NCBI GenBank assembly: GCA_032718475.1
Contig: JAUCBJ010007028.1
Coordinates: forward strand, 167,186-231,185
Direction: 5' to 3'
Origin: Nemertoderma westbladi
Taxonomy: Eukaryota; Animalia; Xenacoelomorpha
Length of the DNA: 64,000 bases
A program made the position numbers and the translations under genes. How positions within the stretch are numbered: the first letter of the stretch is position 1; the number at the start of each line of letters is the position of its first letter. Under the pieces are notes generated by a model. The model was given only the letters and a program-made list of their open reading frames with translations. It was not told where the DNA came from and did no database searches. Of this stretch, positions 12,244 through 23,849 are shown one piece after another.

Positions 12244-14030
12244 GTGACCTGCCGCCTCAGAGGCATGAACCTCATACCTCTGTTGCTTAGCTGTAGTGTG
12301 AAGCTGGATCTCACACTTGGCTGTTGCAACAGAGAGGACCAGCCAAGTATATGGGTCCTTAATCCAGGACCAAGGGCGTCCTTATCCCAGAACGAAGGGG
12401 GTCCTAGTTACAGGACCAGATTTTCCCTAGTAAGAGGGTCTATGCAGCTACAGGTGGCACCTCCTTTATGCTGCATGGAGGTGGCAAGTTTTCTTGATCA
12501 ATGACCTAGAATACCTGACCTGACCTTACAGGAAACGCAAAAGAATAGGTAGGCCTACTGAAATACAGAAATAAAAGAAATCAGACTGTTGTGTCCCCTA
12601 CGGTAGGGACTACCCTACGGCCTACAAATCTACTAATCAGAAGCTATAGAATATCTCTAACCGTAGAGTCCAGTAGTATACCGCTTACCAGATCCTAGTA
12701 ACGATGTATCTTACTATAAGACTCTAGTAATGAAACGGGCTCGTACAGTATCTGACAACAAATCCCAGTCCAGGATATCTAAACAAACAGATACAATACA
12801 CAAACTACTACTGGCGAGGAGACTGTACGTGAGCGGGTCTAATGCCTACGAACTAGACAAAAGGATACCTGTCCTCTAACCGGTATGGCAGATGTACAGT
12901 TACAGTAACAGACCAAACTTACGGGAAAACAATCCCCGCGCAGCGAATCCTAACTATCGCTGACAGTCCTAAATACCGTAACTTGCCGCGGTGTGATTTA
13001 TATGGTTTATATACGAGCTAAGTGGGTTACAGACCTAGCGTAACAATAACTGATCCCCCTGTACGAAATCAGTCTAAAGAGGGTCGTGCCTAATGTAACG
13101 ATACTGCTGGGTAGAAAACAACAGTTTTATAACGAATAATGAAATACTCCATGCCATAACTAAATATCAGATCCGAATTCTACAAATACAGATAAATTCT
13201 GCCTAAATCTAAAGTGCGCTATAACTAGTAGGAACTCTAAGGGTCAATATGTTTTAGGGCGTGTGTGTGTGGGTGTGTTACAATTAATAAAACAATTTGG
13301 TGTATATCATTTACTAGGTTTTAGTGATTTTCTGACTGAAATAATACCGTGCGCTAGCTACTAAAATAAACTAGTTGCGTTTGTAGAACTTTATACTCAC
13401 AAATGACGTCAAAGCTCTCTCCTTCCTATCCACAACTCAACTGGGCAACCACGGTGTTAGTAACTACACCCGTGATCGGCACAAATACCAGATTCTGGTT
13501 GTAAGATAAGAAATAGGGGTTAATTGCTACCGTACGTTAGCTGATGTGGTATACAAATTTGATTCTAGAATTTTGTTGCTGCGGTAGTTAGCAGCAAATA
13601 CCTATCAGTACGTGGCAAGGCGCGGTAGGATATTAATAAACCTCCCTAGGCCAAGCGGTGTGCTGGTAGCAGAAATACTCCTTGCCAGATCAAATAACTA
13701 ACTCCAGGTAGGAGGGGGGGGGGGGGGGGGGGGGGGGGTACTAATGTATGTTCCACAAAGCGAACCGGTACCAAACAGTCAGTACTAACAAATCACTAAA
13801 TTATGGAACGTATGCTGTCCGTACATAATATGTACTTGCGTACTGACGAACGGCAATAGCTCGCACCTGTGAGGTATACAGGTAACCCAGGGGTTTGCAG
13901 GACTGACAAAGGGGGGGGGGGGGGGGGGGGGGGGTTCCACCTGAAATATAATTATTTGATCCTAAATTTTGCGGCGTCCCAGGACGGCATCACACTTACC
14001 CTGATCTATAGGTCTTACGTCGGGCAAGGG

Positions 14031-15216
14031 TGTTTGCGCTTTTAGACCTTTAGAAGTTTAACCCGCTAATTTCAGATGTCTTTTAGTTTGTAAATCGACT
14101 TTAGCCTATGACAAGTATTTGATACACTACATTAGCCGAAGCCAGCCTATGCGCGACCATTCACCCGCTGGATATACCCGGGAGACTGGATTAGGATGCT
14201 TTGACCTTATTGCAGTGTAAGCCTACTGTATTATTCGATTGATCGTTAATATATAATCTCTGACAAACATTATTCACTTTCGGGAAATATTAACAGTTCC
14301 TTTAGGATGTGGCGCTCTAAATATGTAAACAGAGTTATGACTTATACTAAACACAATGGTATGGCTTATGATTCACGTATAAGGCGCATTGTTTAGAAGA
14401 TGCTTTGTTATCAGTCACACTCCTGCACACTACCGGTACCGCACAATACTGCACACTGATCTGCCGACCGTCACTGAATTTGATCATACATAAAGAGAAC
14501 AGCAATTGACTCATGTAGTGCCTATGAAATAGCATTAGATTCACTCCAAACCAATATAATTTAAGTCGCAATTGCTATATGTAACCAATCTCTAACCTTC
14601 AGTATATCAAGAAGATTGGGGTTTTATGGTTATTTATCGATATTCTCCAAATATAACAATATTCCATCAACTGATACAATTAATAACCGACAGTAAATAG
14701 CAGTAAAATAATGCGGTGTGTACTGGTACTGGTACCGATTGTTGAGGTATGGTATGATATGTTTGTTTGAGCCAGGTGCCAGGTGCCAGGATAACAGTTA
14801 TACGTTTCTATAATCAAAGCCTACTAATGTTTGGCTAAAGTCTGAAACTTAAAATAATTCCACAGCCGATGTTCTGGCATCAGGAAGTTGGAAAAAACCA
14901 ACACTGAACTCGCCCAGCACGATTTGCAGAGTTATCTCCACACATAAAATGAAAATCGCCCTGATTGGCTGCTAAGCCGAACAAAGAACCCATAGGGCCA
15001 ACGGCCGTTTCCATGTCAGCAAACCAGCTGGTAGATGTCGTAATCTGAGTCATCAAGGCTACACTGTGCTAAGAGGATTTTGGCGTATTGCGGCATTAGT
15101 GGCTTGTTATGTCCGCCAAAGTACACATACAGAAAGAACAGCTTTTATGTCCGCTAAAACACCTACACGGTACTTTGCGGGCAAAGGGACTGATTATATC
15201 CGCAAAAGCTTTTACA
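14031..15216 (-). repeat. 3' LTR of element A
   Basis: Minus strand TGTAAAAGCTTTTG...GCGCAAACA; preceded by PPT GGGAGCGG (15217-15224); inverted homologue of 55139-56349. Confidence 0.85.
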
Positions 15217-15294
15217 CCGCTCCCAGAAAATGGGATTCAAGTCTATGAAATATACGAAATCACAGTTTCTAAAATACAAAAATACTCTAAACAG

Positions 15295-18200
15295 TTAGTC
15301 TTTCTTGCGTGGACGGCGTTTACGCAGTTTTTTAAAGCTAGCAAGAGTCTTTTTCTCTTTGGGGCGAGCCACTTTACTAGGAGGGCTATAACTCCTGGGT
15401 GAAGGGTGCAATATGATTGCATCAGAAGGTGTAGGATTATGGTCGGTGTATCTGCCGGTCGAAGTGCCTGGTTGGTCGACGTCAACTTCGGTGGAGAGAG
15501 GTCTAACGGCCTTTAGAGCGCGTTTCAGGACAGCAGCTCTTACGGGTCCTTGACGAGTGGTCTGAACGAGAGCCGTGGGCGGACCATAGGCAGTGAGAAA
15601 CTTCCTTGGTTTAATGGTTCTTTCCAACTCGCGTTCTCGGGCTCGATATTCGTAGGGCCGTCGATATACTTCCTGTAACTATGGATGCGAGTTGATAAAT
15701 AAATCGCCATATTCTGGATCTTGACGGATAAAATTGATCAAGTTATAGGAATGAATATCGTTAGGATTAACGCTCCTAAGAAATTTGCGTACAAATTTGG
15801 TTGAAATACATTCTCCGACACGCTTCATTAGTTCGTAACTCAGTGTGCGTGATTTCTGTTCGACGGACGCGAATAGATAAGGATGGAACACATAAACTCC
15901 TTCGTAGGCGCGTCCAGGGTAATAGCGATGGCGTGAATCACAATGTAAATCAGCGTTCGCTTCCCAAGCTCGAATGTAACGTAGTGTAATCAATTCATCT
16001 ACGCTTTCTAGATCGTGATTGAAAGGGCAATCAAAACTGGCATGTCCTTTTAGTTGACAATGGTGGCATTGAGTCATAAATTGGGGGCAGACTGCAAAAC
16101 TGTGCAAGTTATTGAGTCTGCAATATGCACAATAGATTTCCATTGCTGGTTGTTTGTGGAAATAGGAGCAGGGTACGTTTGAGTCCATGGGCGTAATATG
16201 GTCTCTCGATGCGCATAACCGACAACGTTGAATAACAGAGGAGTGTAAGTTCTGTATACAAATATCTTTGAAAATTGCAAATCCAGCGCTATCTAACTTC
16301 TCCGCAGCTGAGTCTCTTAGGCTGAGCTTGGTCAATGCGCGGTCCTTGAATTGGCTATCAACGTTACGGAACGGGGTTAAAAAACAGCTGAAACATTCGA
16401 AGCGGATGAATTTATTATGTTCATCTAGCTTAGAGAGTTTGGTTCCAAGTATTAATGGATGGGCGCGTATAGTACGACTGCACACATCAGCTAGCCAACC
16501 GGCAAGTGTGGTGTTTTCAAAGATTGTGTATATAGCCAGGGAAGGCCGAAGTGGAACACTCATGAAGCTATACACGACGCCAGGTGCGGGCAATGGTCCG
16601 TCAAAGTATAATCGAGAATAATGGTCTCCATATACTTGTTGATAGTTGATAGGATTTCCGACTTTGAAATTCCATCCGTATTCCTGAAAGGCAAGATGTC
16701 CGATGGAAGTTCGTTGTACTTTAGTGATGCTGCTGGACGTATTGGCATACATTGTGCGGAAGAAACCTCGGCCTTCTGCCCAGGGAGCAATCAGCTGAGT
16801 ATCCACGAAAGGATATTTTCGGATATTATTTTCGGATATTAAGGATTCTTTCGTTGAACAACATCTCGAGCACGGGCTGGGGTAACATCGATCCATTGAT
16901 ACCCATGGCCGGTTTGCGCTCGGTGTCTATGACATAACGCTGCGCGAGTTCGAATTGTCCATGTCGGAGATTCTTTTGTATTTTGGTGAGAGTCTCAAAA
17001 GAATAATCAATCACATCGGAACACGCTCGAGTAAACACGTGGGTAGAACCTGCTAATCCTCGTATATGTATCATGCGCGTAGTTCCTAATTTTCCGACCG
17101 GAACGCTACCTTCGTTATCGTAGGTGACAACTCCATACATTTCAATGACATTAAGAGTTTTGTTCCACTCTTTGGTGGCGTTCTCTAGGGTCATCCCTAC
17201 TGGATGCCACAAAGTGGCGCATTGGCTAGCGTCAGGGAGATCACTATACTTCAGGTACTGAGTGGTATACGTCTCCACATTTCCATATCTTTGTATTCTC
17301 TCTTCTTCGAATAATACGTCGAGATTCCAATGGACTAATCGAGTTTTAATAAATCCATTGAGATTATACGGAGGTGTTGTATCCTTCTCGATTCTAGAAA
17401 CGTTGTATGGTTTTCTGAAGGAGTTTACTTTCACTAACTGATCCAGATGTTTCTGCAATTGTTTGAGTTTGACAAGGTCGAGAGGATTTATTAGCGGTAG
17501 AAACCTTAGATTATGCGTCGGGTCTTCAGGTTTTACCATATAATATTGAGTCAGATTGACATAATAAGGGTGGTCTTTAATCCCATAAAACGAGTTCGGT
17601 AAAGGTCTAGCGTGTATGATGACATCGTGCACCATACAACGGACAAGATCCGCTCGATTGTCCGGAGGTTCAATGAGTATACCGTCAACATAAGCGGCCT
17701 CGATTGGCGGACACTGTAACATAGGAGCGTCAGCGATAAGATTTCGTGATCTTATGTTGATATCAACCGGTTGGGGTTGTATCGTCGCGAAGAGTTTGTC
17801 TCCGAAATGGGGAACCATCGAGGGATGAAGGACGGTTTTAGAGTAGAGATCCGTCATAAGGATTTGAGCTTCGGGTTGGGCTAAAGTGGCTTCTTCTCTC
17901 TCATCCATTTCAGTGTGTTTCTCCTTGAGTTGGTTTTCCTCAACTTGTCGCTGTAGGCGTTCATCTAAAAACTCTTGTAGAGAATACGTGCGTCCAAGCT
18001 CGATGTCTTCCTCGAGGTTTTGGATTTCTCGATCAAACTGTGGCAAGGCCAACTCCTTCACCGATTGGACTTGTTGCTGTAATTTACGTTTCTCTAAACA
18101 ATCTTGCATTCCTTTTCCAATCTTCTGCCGAATAGCGTCTAACGCGTTTCTTATAACGCTCTCCTCGACTTCAGTGGTGGGTTGCATTGGGGTTAAACCT

Positions 18201-18483
18201 GGACGATTGTAAGGATTAAACGGTGATATTAGATGCCCGCGTCCCAATCCGGCTAGGTAGAATGGGCGAATATCTAACGAACCCACTACCGGGGTGCCAC
18301 CGGTTAATTGTTCGGGTAACACTAAATCTTTGAACAGTGAATATAGTTCGGGAGGATCCGTGATACTGTTAGGATCAAGAGTTTGAGGTCTCACTGGGGA
18401 ATGAGGAGGCCTGACAAAGTATTCCGGAACTCTGATCATGGGTTTATTTAGTGATCGTTTGAGGCGAGCGATCGTAGGTGATA
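15295..18483 (-). pseudogene. Element A ORF3, central and C-terminal part: DEDD/EXD-like 3'-5' exonuclease, three CCHC knuckles, basic tail
   Basis: ORFs 16826-18439, 15679-16896 and 15295-15627; VTYDNEG, IHIR..G.THVF, LPQPVLEML, PFVDTQL; CRLC..RDH...C, CAYC...H...C, CHHC..KGH...C; colinear with B ORF3. Confidence 0.75.
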
Positions 18484-18701
18484 TATTATATTATATAATT
18501 ATAGACTTAAAATTATAGCACAAATAAATTTCCCGACGTAATCATAAGTCCTTAAAAGAATGTGAAAATATCGGACTAAGCAAAATAATAATTACAAATT
18601 CAAATTCACTACACAAGTAAGAAAATAAATTTATTTTATTTTACAGGAAGAAACATTTGTTAGAGTAATTGTATTACTAAAATTAATAGAAGACGTAGTA
18701 A

Positions 18702-21690
18702 TCAATTGTACACAGTTAGTGTATCGTAGACCCTTTTTGCTAGAGTTCGATAATCCGAATCGTGTTCCATGATTCCATGCAAATCGCTACGTTCGCCGTC
18801 AATATGTAGATGTTCTGTTAATTTACAATGGAACAAAACATGTTTCTCATCTTGCACGTCGCCTGAACCACAACAACAGGTTCGTTGTTTCCGATCAATT
18901 CTACTCCACCTCCCTGTTTCGACGCGCAAGCGGTGAGCCGAAACTCTGAATCGCGTTAAGGCGAGACGATGCTCCTCGAATAGACTTTTGTTTAGATTGA
19001 GGTTGTAACAACTGAACGGTGTAAGCGTTGGGTTGATCTCCAGGTAGGTTCGTAGCTTTGTGTGCAACGGCGCCAGCTGACAAATTCGCTGCTGACGAGC
19101 AACGAAATCCTCAGTAATGTAGTTTCTATTAGAGCCGATTAAACGATTGACTGCGCGAACCATAGGAGAGTTTATTCTCGACCCAGCGCTGAACGCAATG
19201 TAAAATGGATCTGTGACATCCCATGAACCCATTTTCTTCAGTAACCATACTCGCTGTTTCTCATGAATCATGGCAGACAAACTGGGAAATCCTGATTCGA
19301 TGAGACAAGCATCATTATTTGTTTGTGTGCGAACTCCTAATAGCGACTTGATAACGCGTATGTATTGTACTTCAAGTGGTTTATAAGACGAACAAATCCA
19401 GGTTTCGCAACCATAGTACAGCGATGCAAATAGAGCGGCGTTGCATACCATCCGTTTAATGCAGAAAGGCATATTGCGATTAGCAATAATGAAAGCATAA
19501 AACTTATTGACATGTTTTTGGTTAGACTCGTATTGTAGCTTCAGCGTACTGGACATTTTACCGTCACCAGAAATATGGTTACCCAGATAAACGTACTCGG
19601 TACATGGCTTGATTACAACACCAGATGGTAAAACAAAAGTTGATTTATCGTAGTCATTTCCATTGATTACCATTAGTTTTGTTTTCTTGACGTTAATTGA
19701 CATACCGGACCAATTACAAAAATCAAACAAAATGAGCGCCTTCTTAATGATACCATCACGTGTAGTTGATAGTAAGACAGCGTCATCCATTAAGAGGAAG
19801 ATGTGTAGAGCACCAAGAAAACCATCATTGGAGCATAGATCACTTAACATTTGTACCAGGCGATTCATAAACAAAATGAATAATATGCAGCTGGAGGGTG
19901 CGCCTTGGCGAACTCCAAGCGTCGCAACAATAACGACAGCGTTAATGAACATAACTGACACTTTATATAAAATCGCTATGGCCATTATCATTAAACGTCC
20001 ACATCCTAAGTCTCGGAGAACTTCCAAAAGTCTCTTTCTTGACACTTTATCGTATGCCTTCTGAAAGTCAACGTATAGAATAAACAGTTTGCATTTACTA
20101 TGTTTTGAAATATCAATCAAGAGTCTGAGGGCGAATATTTGCTCTTGGCAATCACGACCTTCCTGAGCTCCTGCCTGACATCGATCCAGTTTTGCCCATT
20201 TTGATAAACGTTTTCGAATAATTTCATCAAACACCTTTGCTATCGTGTCCATGATGGCGATACCCCGGTAATTATCCGTTACAGACTTATGGCCGCGCTT
20301 GAACAGGATGACGAGTTTAGAACCACACCAACGCAATGGTATACGTATACATGAGTTGTTGAAGACTAAGTTGAACAACGTAACCAATAAGAGAATGAAC
20401 GTACCACCGATAGTAGCTATTTTCAGAAGTGTTGGCGGAGCCCCAATATAAGATTTATTAGATTTCAATTTACAGACGGCATCTTCCACTTCTTCTTGAC
20501 TAATGGGGTTGTCCAGTTCAGGCACGATGGGTATATTTGAAATGTCTATTAAGACATCGGCGACGTCATTCCTCTCTGGATTCAGTAAATTAGTAAAGTG
20601 GGTAGCAAACACATCATCTGATGGAAATCCCGAATGATCTGTCTCCAATGTACCTTTCCATGAGATCATTTGCCAGAGCGATTTTGGATCTTGCGATTTA
20701 GCGATCTCCATCCAATGTTTGTAGATCGTTATATTGTTACCGTCTTGGATATTCATTATGTTTGTAGATACCAACTTCGGTAAACGGCTGACTTTCTCGG
20801 TCTGAGAAAGTAGCCAATATAACTGATCGTCGAAGACTTGTGGGTCTGTAATGTCGGAGAATCGTGCAGCGTTTTTATCAATGAAATCTACAACTTTTCT
20901 AGTGTCTAAGTTTGTGTTGCGAATTTTACAACATTTCGGAGGTGGGTTCGAGTATACCGATTTACCAAGATCTGATGCTCTTTCCAGAAGAATCGCTCCA
21001 CTAATTTCACACTGTAGCTCAACTGAGACTTCCAGGGGTGAGTGATCAGACGGGAAGCTGAGATTCTGGTTGTTGTTGAATGATGTGACAGTAATTGAGT
21101 TTTGGTTACTAACAAAACAATAATCAATCTGTGAGATCCATCTTTCTTTTTTTCGGAATGTGTAGTTATAAGAAAAGTCGCCCAACGGACCCAAAAGTTT
21201 ACAGCCAGTATCTTTTATTATAGCGTTCAGCGTCTTTCCGTTCTTGTTAACTTTATTAACAACATGTGCGTTGAAGTCTCCAATAAACAAAAAGGAATCA
21301 CTATCTTCTTTTAAATAGCCCTGAATAACACCAAATGTTTCCGTTTTGAAGTACAGTGAGTCTGATGGAGCTATATAACAACCAATAAAACAGACATTCG
21401 GATATTGTTTAAATTTAACAGCCATAATGCCTTCAATATTGATCGATATTTTTGAGACATCGCGGTATAACGAGTTGCGGATACACATAGCAGTTCCACC
21501 TCGACCGGGGGTGGATTTATCGGGAATGGAAAGTACTTTAAAACCGGGTAGCGACAGCTGAAGTGCAGTCTTGATTTCATACAGGAAAACTAAGTCGAAA
21601 TTTTGAAAATAGTTTATGAGCCAGTTTAAACGGAGTTTGTCTCGAACATCACAGATATTAAATGAACAAATTGACAGATGATTACGCGGG
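18702..21690 (-). CDS. LINE ORF2: APE endonuclease, reverse transcriptase and C-terminal Cys/His motif (one frameshift near the 5' end)
   Basis: GDFNA, IDY, SDH; NYRGI, VDFQKAYD, GVRQG, LMDD; RVETGR..R.C..DEKHVLFHC; 928 aa open from 21488. Confidence 0.93.
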
Positions 21691-21695
21691 CCTCC

Positions 21696-22240
21696 CTATT
21701 TAAAGTAAGTGGGCATATATCGATCTACAATGACATTATTTCGTAGTATTACGCCAGCTTTAGTGTCATATTTAATCGGTACGCCTACATTCTCGGGGTT
21801 GTTTTTGAGTTTTCTCTCTTCCTGTTGAAGTCGTTGAATTTCGCGTCTCGTAGCAGGATGTACGTCTTTTTTAACATAAATATCTTTCAGATCTTTCTTG
21901 TTGTTGTCCTTTAAATGTTGACAATTACTAAGAACTTTATCTCGACTCTTCTTGTCTTTAGTGTTTATCATGATCGGGCGAGAATAAGGTTTACCATTTG
22001 TGTAATTACCTGGTTTCCACTCACCGATGCGTTCCGCGGTAAACTCAATCTCATCACATTTAATTTCTTTGAAAAGCATTTCGACTTTATCACTAACCGA
22101 GCCGGGGAGCACCTCATGATTCTCATCTTCAGGAACTCCTAAGATAACAAGCTTTGCATAACGTTTCTCTTGGTCGATTGCTTCCATAAAGATTTGTTGT
22201 TGTCGCAAAGTGTTGTGAACGGTACGTAATTCGTTGTTCA
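21696..22240 (-). CDS. LINE ORF1 C-terminal part (coiled coil plus RRM-like)
   Basis: LVILGVPE, RIG, RPI.I and IYVKKD motifs typical of LINE ORF1; ends just before ORF2. Confidence 0.75.
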
Positions 22241-22244
22241 GATA

Positions 22245-22983
22245 ACATCGATACATCGATACATCGAACAGATTTTGCTCAAAACTCCCGTAAGTATAGC
22301 AAGTAAAATTGTGTTTAGCGCAACGTCTCTGCGGATGTTTATGTCTTTCCGTTTGTTGGTTGGGTCTAGGGCATTCATCACAATAATACCAAAGACGCAC
22401 GTCCTGTAGAGGAAACGTGGGTGATCGTTCTCCAGTTTTACAATATTCCTCCATCTGTTCAAAGCTATCCGGGACAACAGGTAGTGGACAATTGGCGGTG
22501 AGATACATCATAGTGAAATAGAGCCGTTTGAGTTCTACCATGGGGTCATGATGTATACCTTGAGGATATCGAGTTTCTAGATTCTGTTGACTGGCAATAT
22601 TGAGATAGGTTTCTCTCAAGAATTCTAGATAATCGTTGAAGTCGCTGCATTTATCCGGTTCTTCAACGTCTTCTCTTTCAAGTCGGTTCCGAATAGAATT
22701 CTCGTGTTCTATTCTCGGTTTATCGTTACGACTCCGCTGGGTATGATATTTAAATAAAACCATTTCCCTTTTGGTGTCTACATCGTCCATATCGTGTAAA
22801 TCGATAGGATGGCCAGTAGTTAAGAAGTCCATATATGACCATATATGTACCATTATGATGCGTATAGCGAGCGGTGAATTTTCTATAGTCCAATTCACGC
22901 ATAAGTTGCTCCTGGAACATTGGCGGTTTGATATAACGACCATCGTCCTCCGTAGTAGTTGGATCAGCTTTGCCGCGTATCAA
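22245..22983 (-). pseudogene. Element A ORF3 N-terminal part (CxxC..CxxH finger)
   Basis: ELKRLYFTMMYL..PLPVVPDSFE and YCDEC..RCAKHNF align with B 33528-34265 EFARLYHMNMYL..PLPAVRDQFD and YKCGEC..RCPAHQF. Confidence 0.8.
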
Positions 22984-23849
22984 GCTATCAACAAACGCTT
23001 AAAGGTAGAGTATATCGCTCCCTGATACCGAGATCATCTTCTATCAACTCAGTCATATCTGCTATATGAGTTTATTAATATTATAATAAGTTTGTATTTA
23101 GGCTAGCGGGCGTCGCCGCCTACCCCTCTCTGCCCCCGGACAGTGCAAGATCTTCAGCACCGATGTACCGTCGTCGCTGTGTTTTCGCCAACATGTAGCT
23201 ACACAACGACAATGATAACCGGCACAAGTCACTCCACTGTCCGTCCCAAAGGCTTAGATTCACTTCAGGTTCTTACGGTAGAGTTAGGGCTACTTTCACA
23301 ATTGCGACTCGCTACTGTAAACACACTTGAGTAGTAACATTCGCCTATAAATGCACAAATTCTACACAACTGTCACCAATTGTACACATACGGGCCATTT
23401 GTCCGTTAGTCAGTGCCTTCCAGAATGCCACGTTATTATTATGTATCCTTGGATACTAACAGTGTGCTATTTATTCCCTATGCTATTCAATGGGGCAAAC
23501 TTTCTATTGTTCTTTTAACTCACTTCTAATTCTAGCGTGGTTGTTGCTATGGTGACATTATGGAAAGCTAGTAGTAGAATTAGGGTAATTCTCATGCATA
23601 CAGATCTGGGATGCTATTTAATAGTAATTCTTTAATTGTCAATATCCTTTGGAGATCTTTGGAGATGTAATGGCCCTGTAATTGTCCCACAAAATTACTG
23701 ATTACTTTACTGAGTACCATGAGTAAGGCACTAAGAGTAGAGTAAGTATACTTAGTAGTATGCGTGCTTACTGACTGCCAGACTGCTTGACGCCACTTGG
23801 ACGGAAATTGGCAGCTAATCGCCACACGCGTTTGCTTAGTTGATCTTAG

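Larger units (their letters stand above)
18484..22240 (-). mobile_element. APE-type LINE (RTE-X-like), 5'-truncated in ORF1, inserted in A ORF3
   Basis: ORF1 remnant, ORF2, 3' UTR and (TATAA)-like tail; 4-bp GATA repeat at 18480-18483 and 22241-22244. Confidence 0.85.

Noticed and set aside
15295-22983. Independent host gene interrupted by a LINE
   Set aside because: Intronless, bounded by BEL integrase and a PPT-LTR, and mirrored inside the TSD-delimited element B.
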